Assembly (NCBI GenBank): GCA_963698385.1
Contig: CAVOQP010000009.1
Location: forward strand, 42,500-106,499
Length of the DNA: 64,000 bases
From: an uncultured Acidimicrobiia bacterium
GTDB taxonomy: Bacteria; Actinomycetota; Acidimicrobiia; Spongiisociales; JAENVV01
Reading direction: 5' to 3'
The notes below the pieces were generated by a model, which worked only from the letters and a program-made list of their open reading frames with translations, was not told the DNA's origin and did not search any database. Shown here piece by piece: positions 30,546-39,436 of this stretch; the first letter of the stretch is position 1, and every line of letters begins with the position of its first letter. The position numbers were made by a program, and so were the translations under genes.

Positions 30546-30872
30546 CCCCCCTACCTCCCTCTTCGCTTCGCTTCGAGGCAGGGACCTTCCCCCCGCTCTG
30601 CGATCGGGGGGACAGACAGCGGGTGGCAGGAGATGTCTGTCCCCCCAGCGGAGCTGGGGTTGGCGAGCGTCGCGGCGCATTGGCAGGCAGTGTCTGTCCC
30701 CCCAGCGGAGCTGGGGGGAAGGTACCGCCGCCGAAGGCGGGGGTAGGGGGGTGTGAGTTGTCGCGCGGTCTTGTGCCGGAACTCCGTGGCGCACCGGCTG
30801 CCCCCCTACCTCCCTCTTCGCTTCGCTTCGAGGCAGGGACCTTCCCCCCGATCGCAGAGCGGGGGGACAGAC
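30546..30872. repeat. BIME-like cluster of four REP-like copies between argG and argH
   Basis: Reverse copy 30546-30617, forward partial 30635-30659, forward 30692-30751, reverse 30801-30872. Confidence 0.9.
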
Positions 30873-30884
30873 AGGTGGTGCCCC

Positions 30885-32246
30885 ATGGCTGACCCCACGC
30901 TCTGGGGATCTCGCTTCTCCGAGGGTCCGTCCGATGTGCTGTGGCGGTACACCGCCAGCGTCACCGACCGACGAATGCTGACAGACGACATCCGAGGTTC
31001 CATTGCGCATGTGACCATGCTGGGCGAGGTCGGCGCCCTCACCGCGACAGACACCGACCTCCTGCTCCGCGCCCTCGACCAGGTGCGGCAGGAGGCAGAA
31101 CGGGGGTCGTTCTCGTTCACCGAGACGGACGAGGACGTCCACAGCGCCGTCGAGCGACGCGTGATCGAGATCGCGGGCCCGGTGGGGGGGAAGCTCCACA
31201 CGGGAAGGAGCCGCAACGACCAGGTCGCCACCGATCTCCGGCTCCATCTCTCACGGCAGGGGCGGGACCGGATCACGGAGATCCGGGGTTTCGTGGGAGT
31301 GATCGTCGACAAGGCCGAAGCGGTCGGCGAGACAGTGGTTCCCTCGTTCACCCATCATCAGCAGGCACAGGCGGTCCCGCTCGCCCACCACCTCCTGGCC
31401 TACGCCTGGATGCTGTTGAGGGATGCCGAACGTTTCGGTGATGCGCTCGGTCGGATCGAGCAGTCTCCCCTCGGTGCCGGCGCTTCCGGGGGATCGAGCT
31501 TCCCCCTCGACCCGGCCGTCTCCGCCGAGGTGTTGGGCTGGGAGCACCACTTCGAGAACTCGATGGATGCGGTGGCTTCGCGGGACTTCGTGGCTGAGTA
31601 CGGCTTCTGCCTTGCCCAGACCATGACCCACCTCTCACGACTGAGCGAGGAGTTGATCCTGTGGACGACCGCCGAGTTCGACTGGGCCACCTATGGCGAC
31701 GCTTACACGACCGGCAGTTCGGCCATGCCACAGAAGAAGAACCCGGACATTGCAGAATTGGCCCGGGGCCGGTCGGCACGGGTGATCGCGGCGTCGAACG
31801 CGCTTCTCGTCCTTCAGAAGGGGCTCTCGCTGACCTACTTCCGTGACCTGCAGGAGGACAAGGAGATCGTCTTCGAGGCCGATGACATCGTGGCTGCGAC
31901 TCTGGAGGCGCTTGGTGCGCTCGTCCAATCGGCCGAGTTCGATCCTCCACCTCCCAGTTCGTGGGTCACGGCGCTCGACCTGGCCGAGGCGCTCGCGCTC
32001 CGAGGAATCCCGTTTCGTGAGGCCCACCACGCGGTGGGGGCGGTGGTGGCGGGGGTCGCAGCGTCGGGACGGGAGCTTGCCGAGGCCACCATCGACGACC
32101 TCGTCGCGTGCGATGAGCGCTTCATCCCCGCCGACCTCGACGTCCTCGATCCCGTCGCCTCGGTTCGGGCTCGCAAGAGTCGGGGAGGCGGCAGCTTCGA
32201 GAGCGTCCGCGAGCAGATTGCCGAACTGCGGGACCGGCTCGGGTGA
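30885..32246 (+). CDS. argH: Argininosuccinate lyase
   Basis: LWGSRF, EDVHSAVE, KLHTGRSRNDQVATD, TGSSAMPQKKNPD. Start moved to ATG 30885. Confidence 0.95.
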   Translation: MADPTLWGSRFSEGPSDVLWRYTASVTDRRMLTDDIRGSIAHVTMLGEVGALTATDTDLLLRALDQVRQEAERGSFSFTETDEDVHSAVERRVIEIAGPVGGKLHTGRSRNDQVATDLRLHLSRQGRDRITEIRGFVGVIVDKAEAVGETVVPSFTHHQQAQAVPLAHHLLAYAWMLLRDAERFGDALGRIEQSPLGAGASGGSSFPLDPAVSAEVLGWEHHFENSMDAVASRDFVAEYGFCLAQTMTHLSRLSEELILWTTAEFDWATYGDAYTTGSSAMPQKKNPDIAELARGRSARVIAASNALLVLQKGLSLTYFRDLQEDKEIVFEADDIVAATLEALGALVQSAEFDPPPPSSWVTALDLAEALALRGIPFREAHHAVGAVVAGVAASGRELAEATIDDLVACDERFIPADLDVLDPVASVRARKSRGGGSFESVREQIAELRDRLG

Positions 32247-32282
32247 GTGACTACGCTGCCCCGAGGACGGAGGAGCCAGCCG

Positions 32283-32504
32283 ATGAGTGAGAAGGATCCG
32301 CACGAGCTACTGGCAGCCATGGTCGGTCGTGGCATCGCCGTTGTGACTCCGATCGTGCTGGTGCTCATGATCGCCGCCGTGTGGGCGTTCACCGACCAGG
32401 ACCTGGGAGCGGCCGTGCGCACCGGCGCTCTTCCCGGCGTACTCTTCGGCGCGTTTGCCGGGGGGTTCATCGGCATGCTCCGTTCCGTCTGGAACCAGCA
32501 CTGA
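32283..32504 (+). CDS. Small two-TM membrane protein
   Basis: 73 aa, hydrophobic, GGAG RBS. Confidence 0.6.
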   Translation: MSEKDPHELLAAMVGRGIAVVTPIVLVLMIAAVWAFTDQDLGAAVRTGALPGVLFGAFAGGFIGMLRSVWNQH

Positions 32505-32514
32505 CCCGACGGCT

Positions 32515-33426
32515 TCACCCCGTGTAGTCGCGGGGTCCGATCTCGATGATGATCGGGCGATGATCCGAACCAAGGTCCGGCCCGACCTCTCGTGACACCA
32601 CCCCCAAGCGCTCGGTGTGGATGGCGTTGTCGATTGGGAGCTGCCACACGGATCCCACCCGCCACGTCGCCTCTGGTCCGCGCCCTGTGAGGGTGTTGAA
32701 GAGACCGGCGTCGATGAAGACCGTGCGGAAGACACGGCTCCACGGTGTGGCGTTGAAGTCACCGATGACGATGGCCTCCCCTGGCCGCGAACGCGCCCGT
32801 TCGGCGGCCCACGCCAGTTGATCGTCGCGAAGGGCCGCATCGACCTCGGTGACAGGAGCGAGTGGGTGGATACCGATGATGGTCACCCGGTTGATGACCA
32901 CTTCCACGGCTCGGTGGTCGGTGCGGGCGAACCCGTGGTTGACGACGTCGCTCCCGGGGGGGACCAGTGCGATCGTTCCGAAGGCGAAGTGGGGCTCTCG
33001 TGTCGTCACGACGTCATACGGCAGGTCCGCCGCGTCGAGGGCGGTCTCCCAGGCCTCCGTCCCCTCGTGGAGGAAGAGGACATCGGCCTCGGTGTCGAGG
33101 ATCCATTCGATGACCGCCGCGTGCTCGTCGTTGGAGGAGAGGAGGTTGAAGCTCGCGATGATGAGATCGGCGCGGGCCGACGGGACGGCGCCGGCGTAGA
33201 GCGGGATGATCACGGCGACGTTGAGTGCCAGTCCGATGGCGGCAATCGAGGCCGCGGGTAGGGACTGGGCGATCCCTGCGATGAGGAGGACCACGAAGCT
33301 GAGAACGGCCAGTTGGACCCGGAAGTTGGCCACCAGGTCGAGGACCCACCACCGATTGCCGAAGAATGCGGCGGCGCCGGTGAGTGTCACCGCAGTCGCC
33401 AGCACAATGGGAATGGCGCGTTTCAT
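32515..33426 (-). CDS. Membrane-anchored endonuclease/exonuclease/phosphatase (EEP) family protein
   Basis: N-terminal TMs; ASFNLL, FLHEG, IGDFNATPWS, PIDNAI, GSDHRPI. Confidence 0.85.
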   Translation of the reverse strand: MKRAIPIVLATAVTLTGAAAFFGNRWWVLDLVANFRVQLAVLSFVVLLIAGIAQSLPAASIAAIGLALNVAVIIPLYAGAVPSARADLIIASFNLLSSNDEHAAVIEWILDTEADVLFLHEGTEAWETALDAADLPYDVVTTREPHFAFGTIALVPPGSDVVNHGFARTDHRAVEVVINRVTIIGIHPLAPVTEVDAALRDDQLAWAAERARSRPGEAIVIGDFNATPWSRVFRTVFIDAGLFNTLTGRGPEATWRVGSVWQLPIDNAIHTERLGVVSREVGPDLGSDHRPIIIEIGPRDYTG

Positions 33427-33467
33427 CGGGTGAAGCATGGCCCATCCCGCCACGTTGTGCAGGTCGG

Positions 33468-34331
33468 CTATCCGAGCTCGACGAGCCAGTCGTGGAGGGC
33501 GGCCCCGATGGCGTCCCCGGAGTCCTCCTGGATGAAGTGAATGCCGGGCACGGTGATCTCCCGTTGGTTGGGCCACCTGCGGCAGAACTCCCGCGCGCTC
33601 CCCGTGAGGATCGTCCCGGGGTCGGCGTTCACGAAGAAGGTCGGAACGTCCGCTTCGGCCATCCACGCGGCGTACGCCGAGACGATCTCTGTGACGTCCG
33701 CGGGTTCACCCTCGATGGGGATCTGACGGGGCCAGGTCAGGGTCGGTCTCCGTGGTTCCCCGGCTTCGAGGAACGGGCGCCGGTATTCGGCCATTTCGGC
33801 CTCGTCGAGGGTGCGGATGATGGACGCCGGGAGGATGCGCTCCACGAAGATGTTCTTCTCGAGCACCAACTGCTCACCTGCGTCCGACCGCATGGCCTGG
33901 AAGATCGGTCGGGGCTGCTCTGGCCAGTCCGCCCAAGTCTTTATCGGCCTGACGATCGCCTCCATGTACATGATCGCCTTCATGGCGTCACGGTGCTGGT
34001 TTGCCCAATCGAAGCCCAATGCCGAGCCCCAGTCGTGGATGACGAGGGTGACATCTCCGTCCACTCCGAGTTGGTCGAGGAGCGCCCACAGGTACTCCCG
34101 GTGCTCGACGAACGTGTAGGAACCGGGTCCGCTGTCGGGGAGCTTGTCCGAGTCGCCCATGCCGATGAGGTCGGGGACGATCACCCGCCCGAGGTCGCGG
34201 ACATGTGGCCACACGAACCGCCACAGGTAGGAGGACGTCGGGTTCCCGTGCAGGAACACGATCGGGTCCCCGGCGCCTTCGTCGATGTAGGCCATGCGGA
34301 GACCGTTGATGGTGGAGTACTTTTTTGCCAT
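33468..34331 (-). CDS. Haloalkane dehalogenase (LinB/DhaA-like)
   Basis: FLHGNPTSSYLWR, PDLIGMGDSDK, HDWGS (nucleophile Asp), MEAIV (Glu), HFIQEDS (His). Confidence 0.92.
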   Translation of the reverse strand: MAKKYSTINGLRMAYIDEGAGDPIVFLHGNPTSSYLWRFVWPHVRDLGRVIVPDLIGMGDSDKLPDSGPGSYTFVEHREYLWALLDQLGVDGDVTLVIHDWGSALGFDWANQHRDAMKAIMYMEAIVRPIKTWADWPEQPRPIFQAMRSDAGEQLVLEKNIFVERILPASIIRTLDEAEMAEYRRPFLEAGEPRRPTLTWPRQIPIEGEPADVTEIVSAYAAWMAEADVPTFFVNADPGTILTGSAREFCRRWPNQREITVPGIHFIQEDSGDAIGAALHDWLVELG

Positions 34332-34369
34332 GAGGTGCCCCGCGATTGCGTGTGGGTGAACCTACTGAG

Positions 34370-34524
34370 GTACGAGAAGGGAGGTACGAGGTACCAGACC
34401 GACCCGAGACCCTGGCGCCGACATGGAAGTCAGCCGACGACCGGGGGCCGCTCCTCGGCAAGGGTAGATGTCGACGTTCCTGCTCGGGACTCGTACCTCG
34501 TACCTCGTACCTCGTACCTCGTCC
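34370..34524. repeat. Inverted heptamer arms (GTACGAG left; (CTCGTAC)x4 at 34490-34517 right)
   Basis: Read directly from the sequence. Confidence 0.85.
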
Positions 34525-34525
34525 C

Positions 34526-35665
34526 TTAGTAGTACCCATCCATCCGGGCGAGGACCTGCAGCATCGTCTCGTCGGAGCCCCCTCCGATGGCGGTGACACG
34601 GTTGTCGCGCCAGAAGCGAGCCGGCCAGTTGTCCTCCATGTACCCGCTCCCGCCGTGGAACTGGATGCACCAGTCGGCCACCTCCCGGGTGAGCTTGCCG
34701 GCCTTCAGCTTTCCGATGGTGGCGAGCCGCGTGGGGTTCTCACCGCGCATGTAGGCCTGTGCCACGCCATGGTTGAGCTGACGAAGCAACTCGACTTCTG
34801 CCCCCAACCCGGCCATTCGATACTGGATGTAGTCGCTTGCCATGAGCGGTTGACCGCGGACGATGCGCTGCTTCAGGTAACCCGCGGTTCGCTCGAGGGC
34901 GAGGTCCATACCGCCGACGGCCGAGTAGTTGGCCCACATGCGCTCGAAGATGAACTGCTCCATCTGCTGTTGGAAGCCACGGCCCTCCTCCCCGATCGTG
35001 TTGGCGACGGGAACGCGAGCGTCGGTGAAGGTCAGGAAACCTGTGTCGGAGGCACGCATCCCGAGCTTGTCGAGTTTCTGAACCTCGAATCCGTCGACGT
35101 CGGTGGGCACGATGACCTGGCTCATTCCCCGATGGCCGCCCTCGTCGGAGGTGCGGAGGAGGACGCAGAGCCAATCGGCTTGGAGTGAGTTGGTGATGAA
35201 CATCTTGGAGCCGTTGATGACCCACTCGTCGCCGTCCTTCACCGCCGTGGTGCGCAGGGCGGCGACGTCCGATCCGGCATCGGGTTCGGTGACCGCTATC
35301 GAGGTGACCATCTCACCGCGGAGGGCAGGAGCGAGGAACTGCTCCTTCTGCTCGTGGGTGCCGTGCTCGGCGAGCGAGGGCGTGGCCATGTCGACTTGGA
35401 CACCCACCGCCATGCCGATCGAGCCGTGGTCGGCACGGCCCAACTCTTCGGCGAGGACCACGGTGAAGAGGTGGTCTGCTCCCTGGCCACCGTAGGCGGG
35501 GTCGTATTCGAGCCCGAGCATCCCCAGGGCGCCCATCTGGCCGAAGAGATCGTGGAGCGGCATCCACCCGTCGTCCTCCCACTTCGCCACGTTGGGGTTG
35601 ACCTCTTTCTCGACGAAGTCCCGCACCATGCGCCGAAAAGCTTGATGCTCATCAGTGAAGATCAT
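34526..35665 (-). CDS. Acyl-CoA dehydrogenase
   Basis: AVTEPDAGSDV, INGSKMFITN, KLGMRASDT, IGGGSDETM. Confidence 0.93.
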   Translation of the reverse strand: MIFTDEHQAFRRMVRDFVEKEVNPNVAKWEDDGWMPLHDLFGQMGALGMLGLEYDPAYGGQGADHLFTVVLAEELGRADHGSIGMAVGVQVDMATPSLAEHGTHEQKEQFLAPALRGEMVTSIAVTEPDAGSDVAALRTTAVKDGDEWVINGSKMFITNSLQADWLCVLLRTSDEGGHRGMSQVIVPTDVDGFEVQKLDKLGMRASDTGFLTFTDARVPVANTIGEEGRGFQQQMEQFIFERMWANYSAVGGMDLALERTAGYLKQRIVRGQPLMASDYIQYRMAGLGAEVELLRQLNHGVAQAYMRGENPTRLATIGKLKAGKLTREVADWCIQFHGGSGYMEDNWPARFWRDNRVTAIGGGSDETMLQVLARMDGYY

Positions 35666-35695
35666 GCCCCGAAGCTAGCGAGGCCAGGAGGGACC

Positions 35696-35730
35696 GAGGA
35701 CCGAGGACTGAGGACTGAGGACGGGGGACG
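35696..35730. repeat. Heptamer array GAGGAC(C/T/G) x4 plus GGGGACG
   Basis: Read directly from the sequence. Confidence 0.9.
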
Positions 35731-35738
35731 GGAGCCAA

Positions 35739-36229
35739 GTCTGTCCCCCCAGCGGAGCTGGGGGGGAAGGGACCCGCAAGCGGAGCGCAGCGGGTAGGGG
35801 GGCTTCGGTGTGCGCTGATGTCCCCCCTACCTCCTCTCTTCGCTTCGCTTCGAGGCAGGGACCTTCCCCCCGCCTGCGGCGAGGGGACAGACATGGGGAG
35901 GCCTGCGCTTTGTCTGTCCTCCCAGCGGAGCTGGGGGGAAGGGACCCGCAAGCGGAGCGCAGCGGGTAGGGGGGTTTCGTGTGCACTGATTCCCCCCTAC
36001 CTCCCTCTTCGCTTCGCTTCGAGGCAGGGACCTTCCCCCCGCCTGCGGCGAGGGGACAGACATGGGGAGGCCTGCGCTTTGTCTGTCCTCCCAGCGGAGC
36101 TGGGGGAAGGGACCCGCAAGCGAAGCGCAGCGGGTAGGGGGGTTTCGCGTGCGCCGATGCCCCCCTACCTCTCTCTTCGCTTCGCTTCGAGGCAGGGACC
36201 TTCCCCCCGCCTGCGGCGAGGGGACAGAC
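35739..36229. repeat. Tandem BIME-like array: three ~170-bp units, each a forward plus a reverse REP-like copy
   Basis: Forward 35739-35802, 35912-35974, 36081-36142; reverse 35822-35892, 35992-36061, 36160-36229; identical ATGGGGAGGCCTGCGCTTT linker between units. Confidence 0.95.
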
Positions 36230-36255
36230 AGGCGGTTGCAGACGCGGACGCGGGG

Positions 36256-37524
36256 TTACCAGTCGATGCCGCCGACCCAACTGGAGGTCGTGAACGGGTT
36301 GTCGAGGTGGGGATACACCTGGTTCTCGAAAGCGGCGATGATTGCTCCGCTCGGGCTCACGCCCACCTCGATCCACGAGGGGGCGGTGAGGAGGGAGGAG
36401 ACTGCGCCGGTGGTGAGGTCATGGGCTCTCAACTCGATCTCGCTGGCATCTCCCTCATCCCCGTTCCACTCGATCGTGAGCAGGGCGTTGCCGGCCACCG
36501 TCGCCGCGTACGCGGTGATACCAGTGAGGATCTGGGGGTGCGACTGGATGGGCGCGGCGGAACCGAGCGGGACCTTGTAGAGGATGCCGTCCTCCCCCAG
36601 CACCACGGCGTCGCCGTCGGGGTGGAACGCCACCGCTCGCAGCGAGTTGGGATCGTCGTAGGAGGAGGGCAGGGCCTGGGAGGTCATCATGGCCGGCTCC
36701 ATGATCCGGAGATCCACCACCACCACCGTGTCGTAGGGGGTCAGGACCCAAAAGTCGGGCTCCTCCGGGTCGGGGAGGCACTGGGAGGCCTCGAGGTACG
36801 CGGCGAAGTTGCCATCGGCGGAGATGGCGATGGCGGTCCCCGTCCAGAGGATCGTCTCCTCGCCGGTGGCGAGGTCGATGCGCCCGACCGCTCCTGGCGA
36901 GGACTCGCAGGAGAACCACGAGTCCTCCCATCCTTCGCTGAAATAGAGGAACTTCCGGTCGGGACTGAGTTCGAACCCGCCCCGGTACACACCGTCACCT
37001 GAGAACCACTCCTTCACGGTGCGCAGTGTGGTGCCGGTGGTGGTGTCGATCTCCACCAGGTCGGAGCCGACCAGCACGAACGCCGTGTCAGCGTCTGTGT
37101 CACCGAGGTAGCGGGGATAGCACGTGTACCCGTCCGGGAGTGAAGGACAGGCTTCGGTACCCGGCCTTGTGTCGAATGCACCGAGGAACACCACCCAGTA
37201 GCCGGGGTTGAGAGAAGGGAAGTCGTCGCTGAGGAGGACGCCCGAACCAGGGACCGCCTCCGCAAGAGCCAGCGCCCGGCCTTCGGCGTCGGCGCCCACC
37301 GGTACCGAGGCGAGGATGAGGGACCAGGTCCCCCACGTCGCCTCCGGGGGCAGCAGCGTGGTCGTGGCTGCCATCTCCGTCGTGGTCGTAGCTGGAGCAG
37401 ACGTAGTCGGGGCCGTGCTCGGCTGCGTCGAGGCCGGGGTGGGTTCGGTGGTGGTGGTCGTGGCGGACTGGCCCCCGACACATGCTGCCAACAGCATCGC
37501 GAGGACATAAAGGAGACTTCGCAT
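36256..37524 (-). CDS. Lipoprotein with SPOR-like segment and beta-propeller-like repeats
   Basis: Lipobox LLAAC, Thr-rich linker, GVLLSDDFPSLNPGYWVVFLGAF, ELSPDRKFLYF, AISADGNFAAY, AFHPDG repeats. Confidence 0.65.
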   Translation of the reverse strand: MRSLLYVLAMLLAACVGGQSATTTTTEPTPASTQPSTAPTTSAPATTTTEMAATTTLLPPEATWGTWSLILASVPVGADAEGRALALAEAVPGSGVLLSDDFPSLNPGYWVVFLGAFDTRPGTEACPSLPDGYTCYPRYLGDTDADTAFVLVGSDLVEIDTTTGTTLRTVKEWFSGDGVYRGGFELSPDRKFLYFSEGWEDSWFSCESSPGAVGRIDLATGEETILWTGTAIAISADGNFAAYLEASQCLPDPEEPDFWVLTPYDTVVVVDLRIMEPAMMTSQALPSSYDDPNSLRAVAFHPDGDAVVLGEDGILYKVPLGSAAPIQSHPQILTGITAYAATVAGNALLTIEWNGDEGDASEIELRAHDLTTGAVSSLLTAPSWIEVGVSPSGAIIAAFENQVYPHLDNPFTTSSWVGGIDW

Positions 37525-37526
37525 GC

Positions 37527-39317
37527 TCACTGGCTGTCGTCGGGAGTCGTTGTGGCGTCCGCAGTGGGCGGCGAAGGACGAGTAGTTCGCCCTCCGCGGG
37601 CGTACCACCCGCCCCCGAGGAAGAGGACGCCGATTGCCAGGAAGAGGAAGACCCGGATGAGCGGGTCGATGTCCTCGAGGTGGCCAAAGAGTCGGATGAC
37701 GACGACGCCGAGGGTGCCCAACCCCGTGAGTTCGAGGGGCCGCGCCTGACCGAACCGTCCGAAGAGGACGAGTCCGAGCCCGATGATCGCCCAACTGGCG
37801 GTGACGAAGGCGAGACCGACGTCGGTCCCCCCGAGCAGGTGGCGGATGAGGAGCAGGCCACTGCCGTACGCCGTCAGGAGGTACGCGGCCCGTCCTGCCT
37901 GTTCCTGGCGCCAACCTCCCAACCCGATGATCCCAATGACCGCCAGGCTCGACAGCACGACCTCGAGACCGCTCTCCCAGTAGCCGTCAAGCAGGCGGAT
38001 CAGCATGGCGATGGTGGCGATCGCGGTGAGAAGATGGGCCTGGACCCGGAGTGGTGTGGGTGGGGTGATCCGCTCGGCGATGAGGAGGAGAACGACGCCC
38101 TGGGCGGCCAGGGTGATCATCCGGACCTCGCCATCGAGGAGCAGGGCGAGGCCGATCGTGACGAAGAGCGATGCCAGGAGCCCGTTGATGTAGCCGTTCG
38201 TGTCGGTCCGGACCAGGTAGCCGACCGCGCCGGCCAGCGCCGCCAGTCCGAGGGCCACGAAGCCTGCCGGCGTCTGATCCAGGTCCCAGACCGCCGTAAC
38301 GCCGGCGAGCGTGATCCCGAGGAGCACGAATCCACTCAGGCGTACCAGGTTCCCGAGGGCGTCGTCGAGGGAGCCGGCGATCTCGCTCACCGGAGATCGG
38401 AGGGCCCGTGACGCCTCGATGCGGTCCCGGGCGACGGTCGGCACCAGCCAGTAGGCGATCGCTATCAGCCCGAGACCGACCGTGATGAGCGCTGCTTCGG
38501 GATGCTGAGCGGCTGAGGTCTCCCCGGCGCTTGCTGCAATTCCCAGGCTCAGCACCGCCGCGCCGGCTGCCACGACCTGGAGGGTGCGCCATCCCACCAT
38601 GAAGTGGACTGCGGCCGTCAGGAGTACGAAGAACGCCAGGTAGCCGAGGAGTGGGGCAGTCTCGGCGCCCGGCCCTCCCGGCGTGTCGTCCACCGTCGAG
38701 AGCAGGAACGGGGTGGCGAAACCGGCCAATGTCGCCAGGACGGCCAGCGTCGAGTCGTTGTTCCGGAAGACGTCGAGGAAGAGCGCCGCGACCACCACGA
38801 GCATCCCCACGCCGGCAACGGCCAATGGGAAGAGTTCGAACACTTGGAACCCGGCCCACACCATGATGTAGGCGACGGCCGCGCCACCGGCTTCGAGGGC
38901 CGTGGCGTAGGCATCACTGCGCGTCCTGGCGAGCAGACCGAGCACGTAGAGGACAATCCCAACGGCCAACCCGCCGAACACCCGCACCGCGGGCGTGAGC
39001 CACCCGCGTTGGATGGCGACATTGAGGAGGAACGCCGCGGCCAGTACGACGAGTGCGATGCCCGCCCACCGGAGCCACCGCTCGACGTCGATCGGCTTCC
39101 GCTCCCGGGGGGCGGATTGCGGCACCGGCGTCATCGGACTGGCGAGGCGAGGCGCCGCCGGGGTCGGGGGAGAGACAGCGGCGGAGGCCGCCTGCGGGAC
39201 GGGAGCGGGGGCGATCCCAGCCTGGCCCTGGCGGGCGAGATGCTCGAGCACGCCGAGGCGCCGCTCGATGTCATCGAGGCGATGCTGGAGGGGCTTGTGG
39301 GGGGTGTTCCGAGCCAT
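37527..39317 (-). CDS. DUF2339-like polytopic membrane protein
   Basis: Coiled N-terminus, Pro-rich linker, ERWLRWAGIALVVLAAAFLL...GWLTPAVRV, many TMs. Confidence 0.75.
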   Translation of the reverse strand: MARNTPHKPLQHRLDDIERRLGVLEHLARQGQAGIAPAPVPQAASAAVSPPTPAAPRLASPMTPVPQSAPRERKPIDVERWLRWAGIALVVLAAAFLLNVAIQRGWLTPAVRVFGGLAVGIVLYVLGLLARTRSDAYATALEAGGAAVAYIMVWAGFQVFELFPLAVAGVGMLVVVAALFLDVFRNNDSTLAVLATLAGFATPFLLSTVDDTPGGPGAETAPLLGYLAFFVLLTAAVHFMVGWRTLQVVAAGAAVLSLGIAASAGETSAAQHPEAALITVGLGLIAIAYWLVPTVARDRIEASRALRSPVSEIAGSLDDALGNLVRLSGFVLLGITLAGVTAVWDLDQTPAGFVALGLAALAGAVGYLVRTDTNGYINGLLASLFVTIGLALLLDGEVRMITLAAQGVVLLLIAERITPPTPLRVQAHLLTAIATIAMLIRLLDGYWESGLEVVLSSLAVIGIIGLGGWRQEQAGRAAYLLTAYGSGLLLIRHLLGGTDVGLAFVTASWAIIGLGLVLFGRFGQARPLELTGLGTLGVVVIRLFGHLEDIDPLIRVFLFLAIGVLFLGGGWYARGGRTTRPSPPTADATTTPDDSQ

Positions 39318-39436
39318 CAGACCGTCGTCCCGGGGGGATGGATGATGGTCCATCCTTGGCGCCCTGGGTCGTCCTCATGTGCAGCGTACGGGATGCGGCT
39401 CCATCCGCTTGTGTTGGATTGCGCGCGCCCGGGGTG

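Noticed and set aside
30753-30884. N-terminal extensions of ArgH, and likewise ArgJ (26738) and PurC (49723), in the ORF track
   Set aside because: The extensions run through repeat DNA; conserved protein sequence begins at the downstream starts.
35875-35892. Similarity of the repeat end (GTCCCCTCGCC on the minus strand) to the tRNA-Leu 3' end (GTCCCCCCTCGCC)
   Set aside because: Short, C-rich, low-complexity match absent from most copies; likely chance.
35739-36229. Possible CRISPR array
   Set aside because: Repeats alternate in orientation, linkers are 17-19 nt and either identical or clearly related, and no cas genes are present.
35675-37002. ORFs 35675-36376 and 35818-37002 with repeated PPYLPLRFASRQGPSP peptides
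   Set aside because: They are translations of the DNA repeat; the same peptide appears wherever the repeat occurs (24668, 30260, 30531, 30753).
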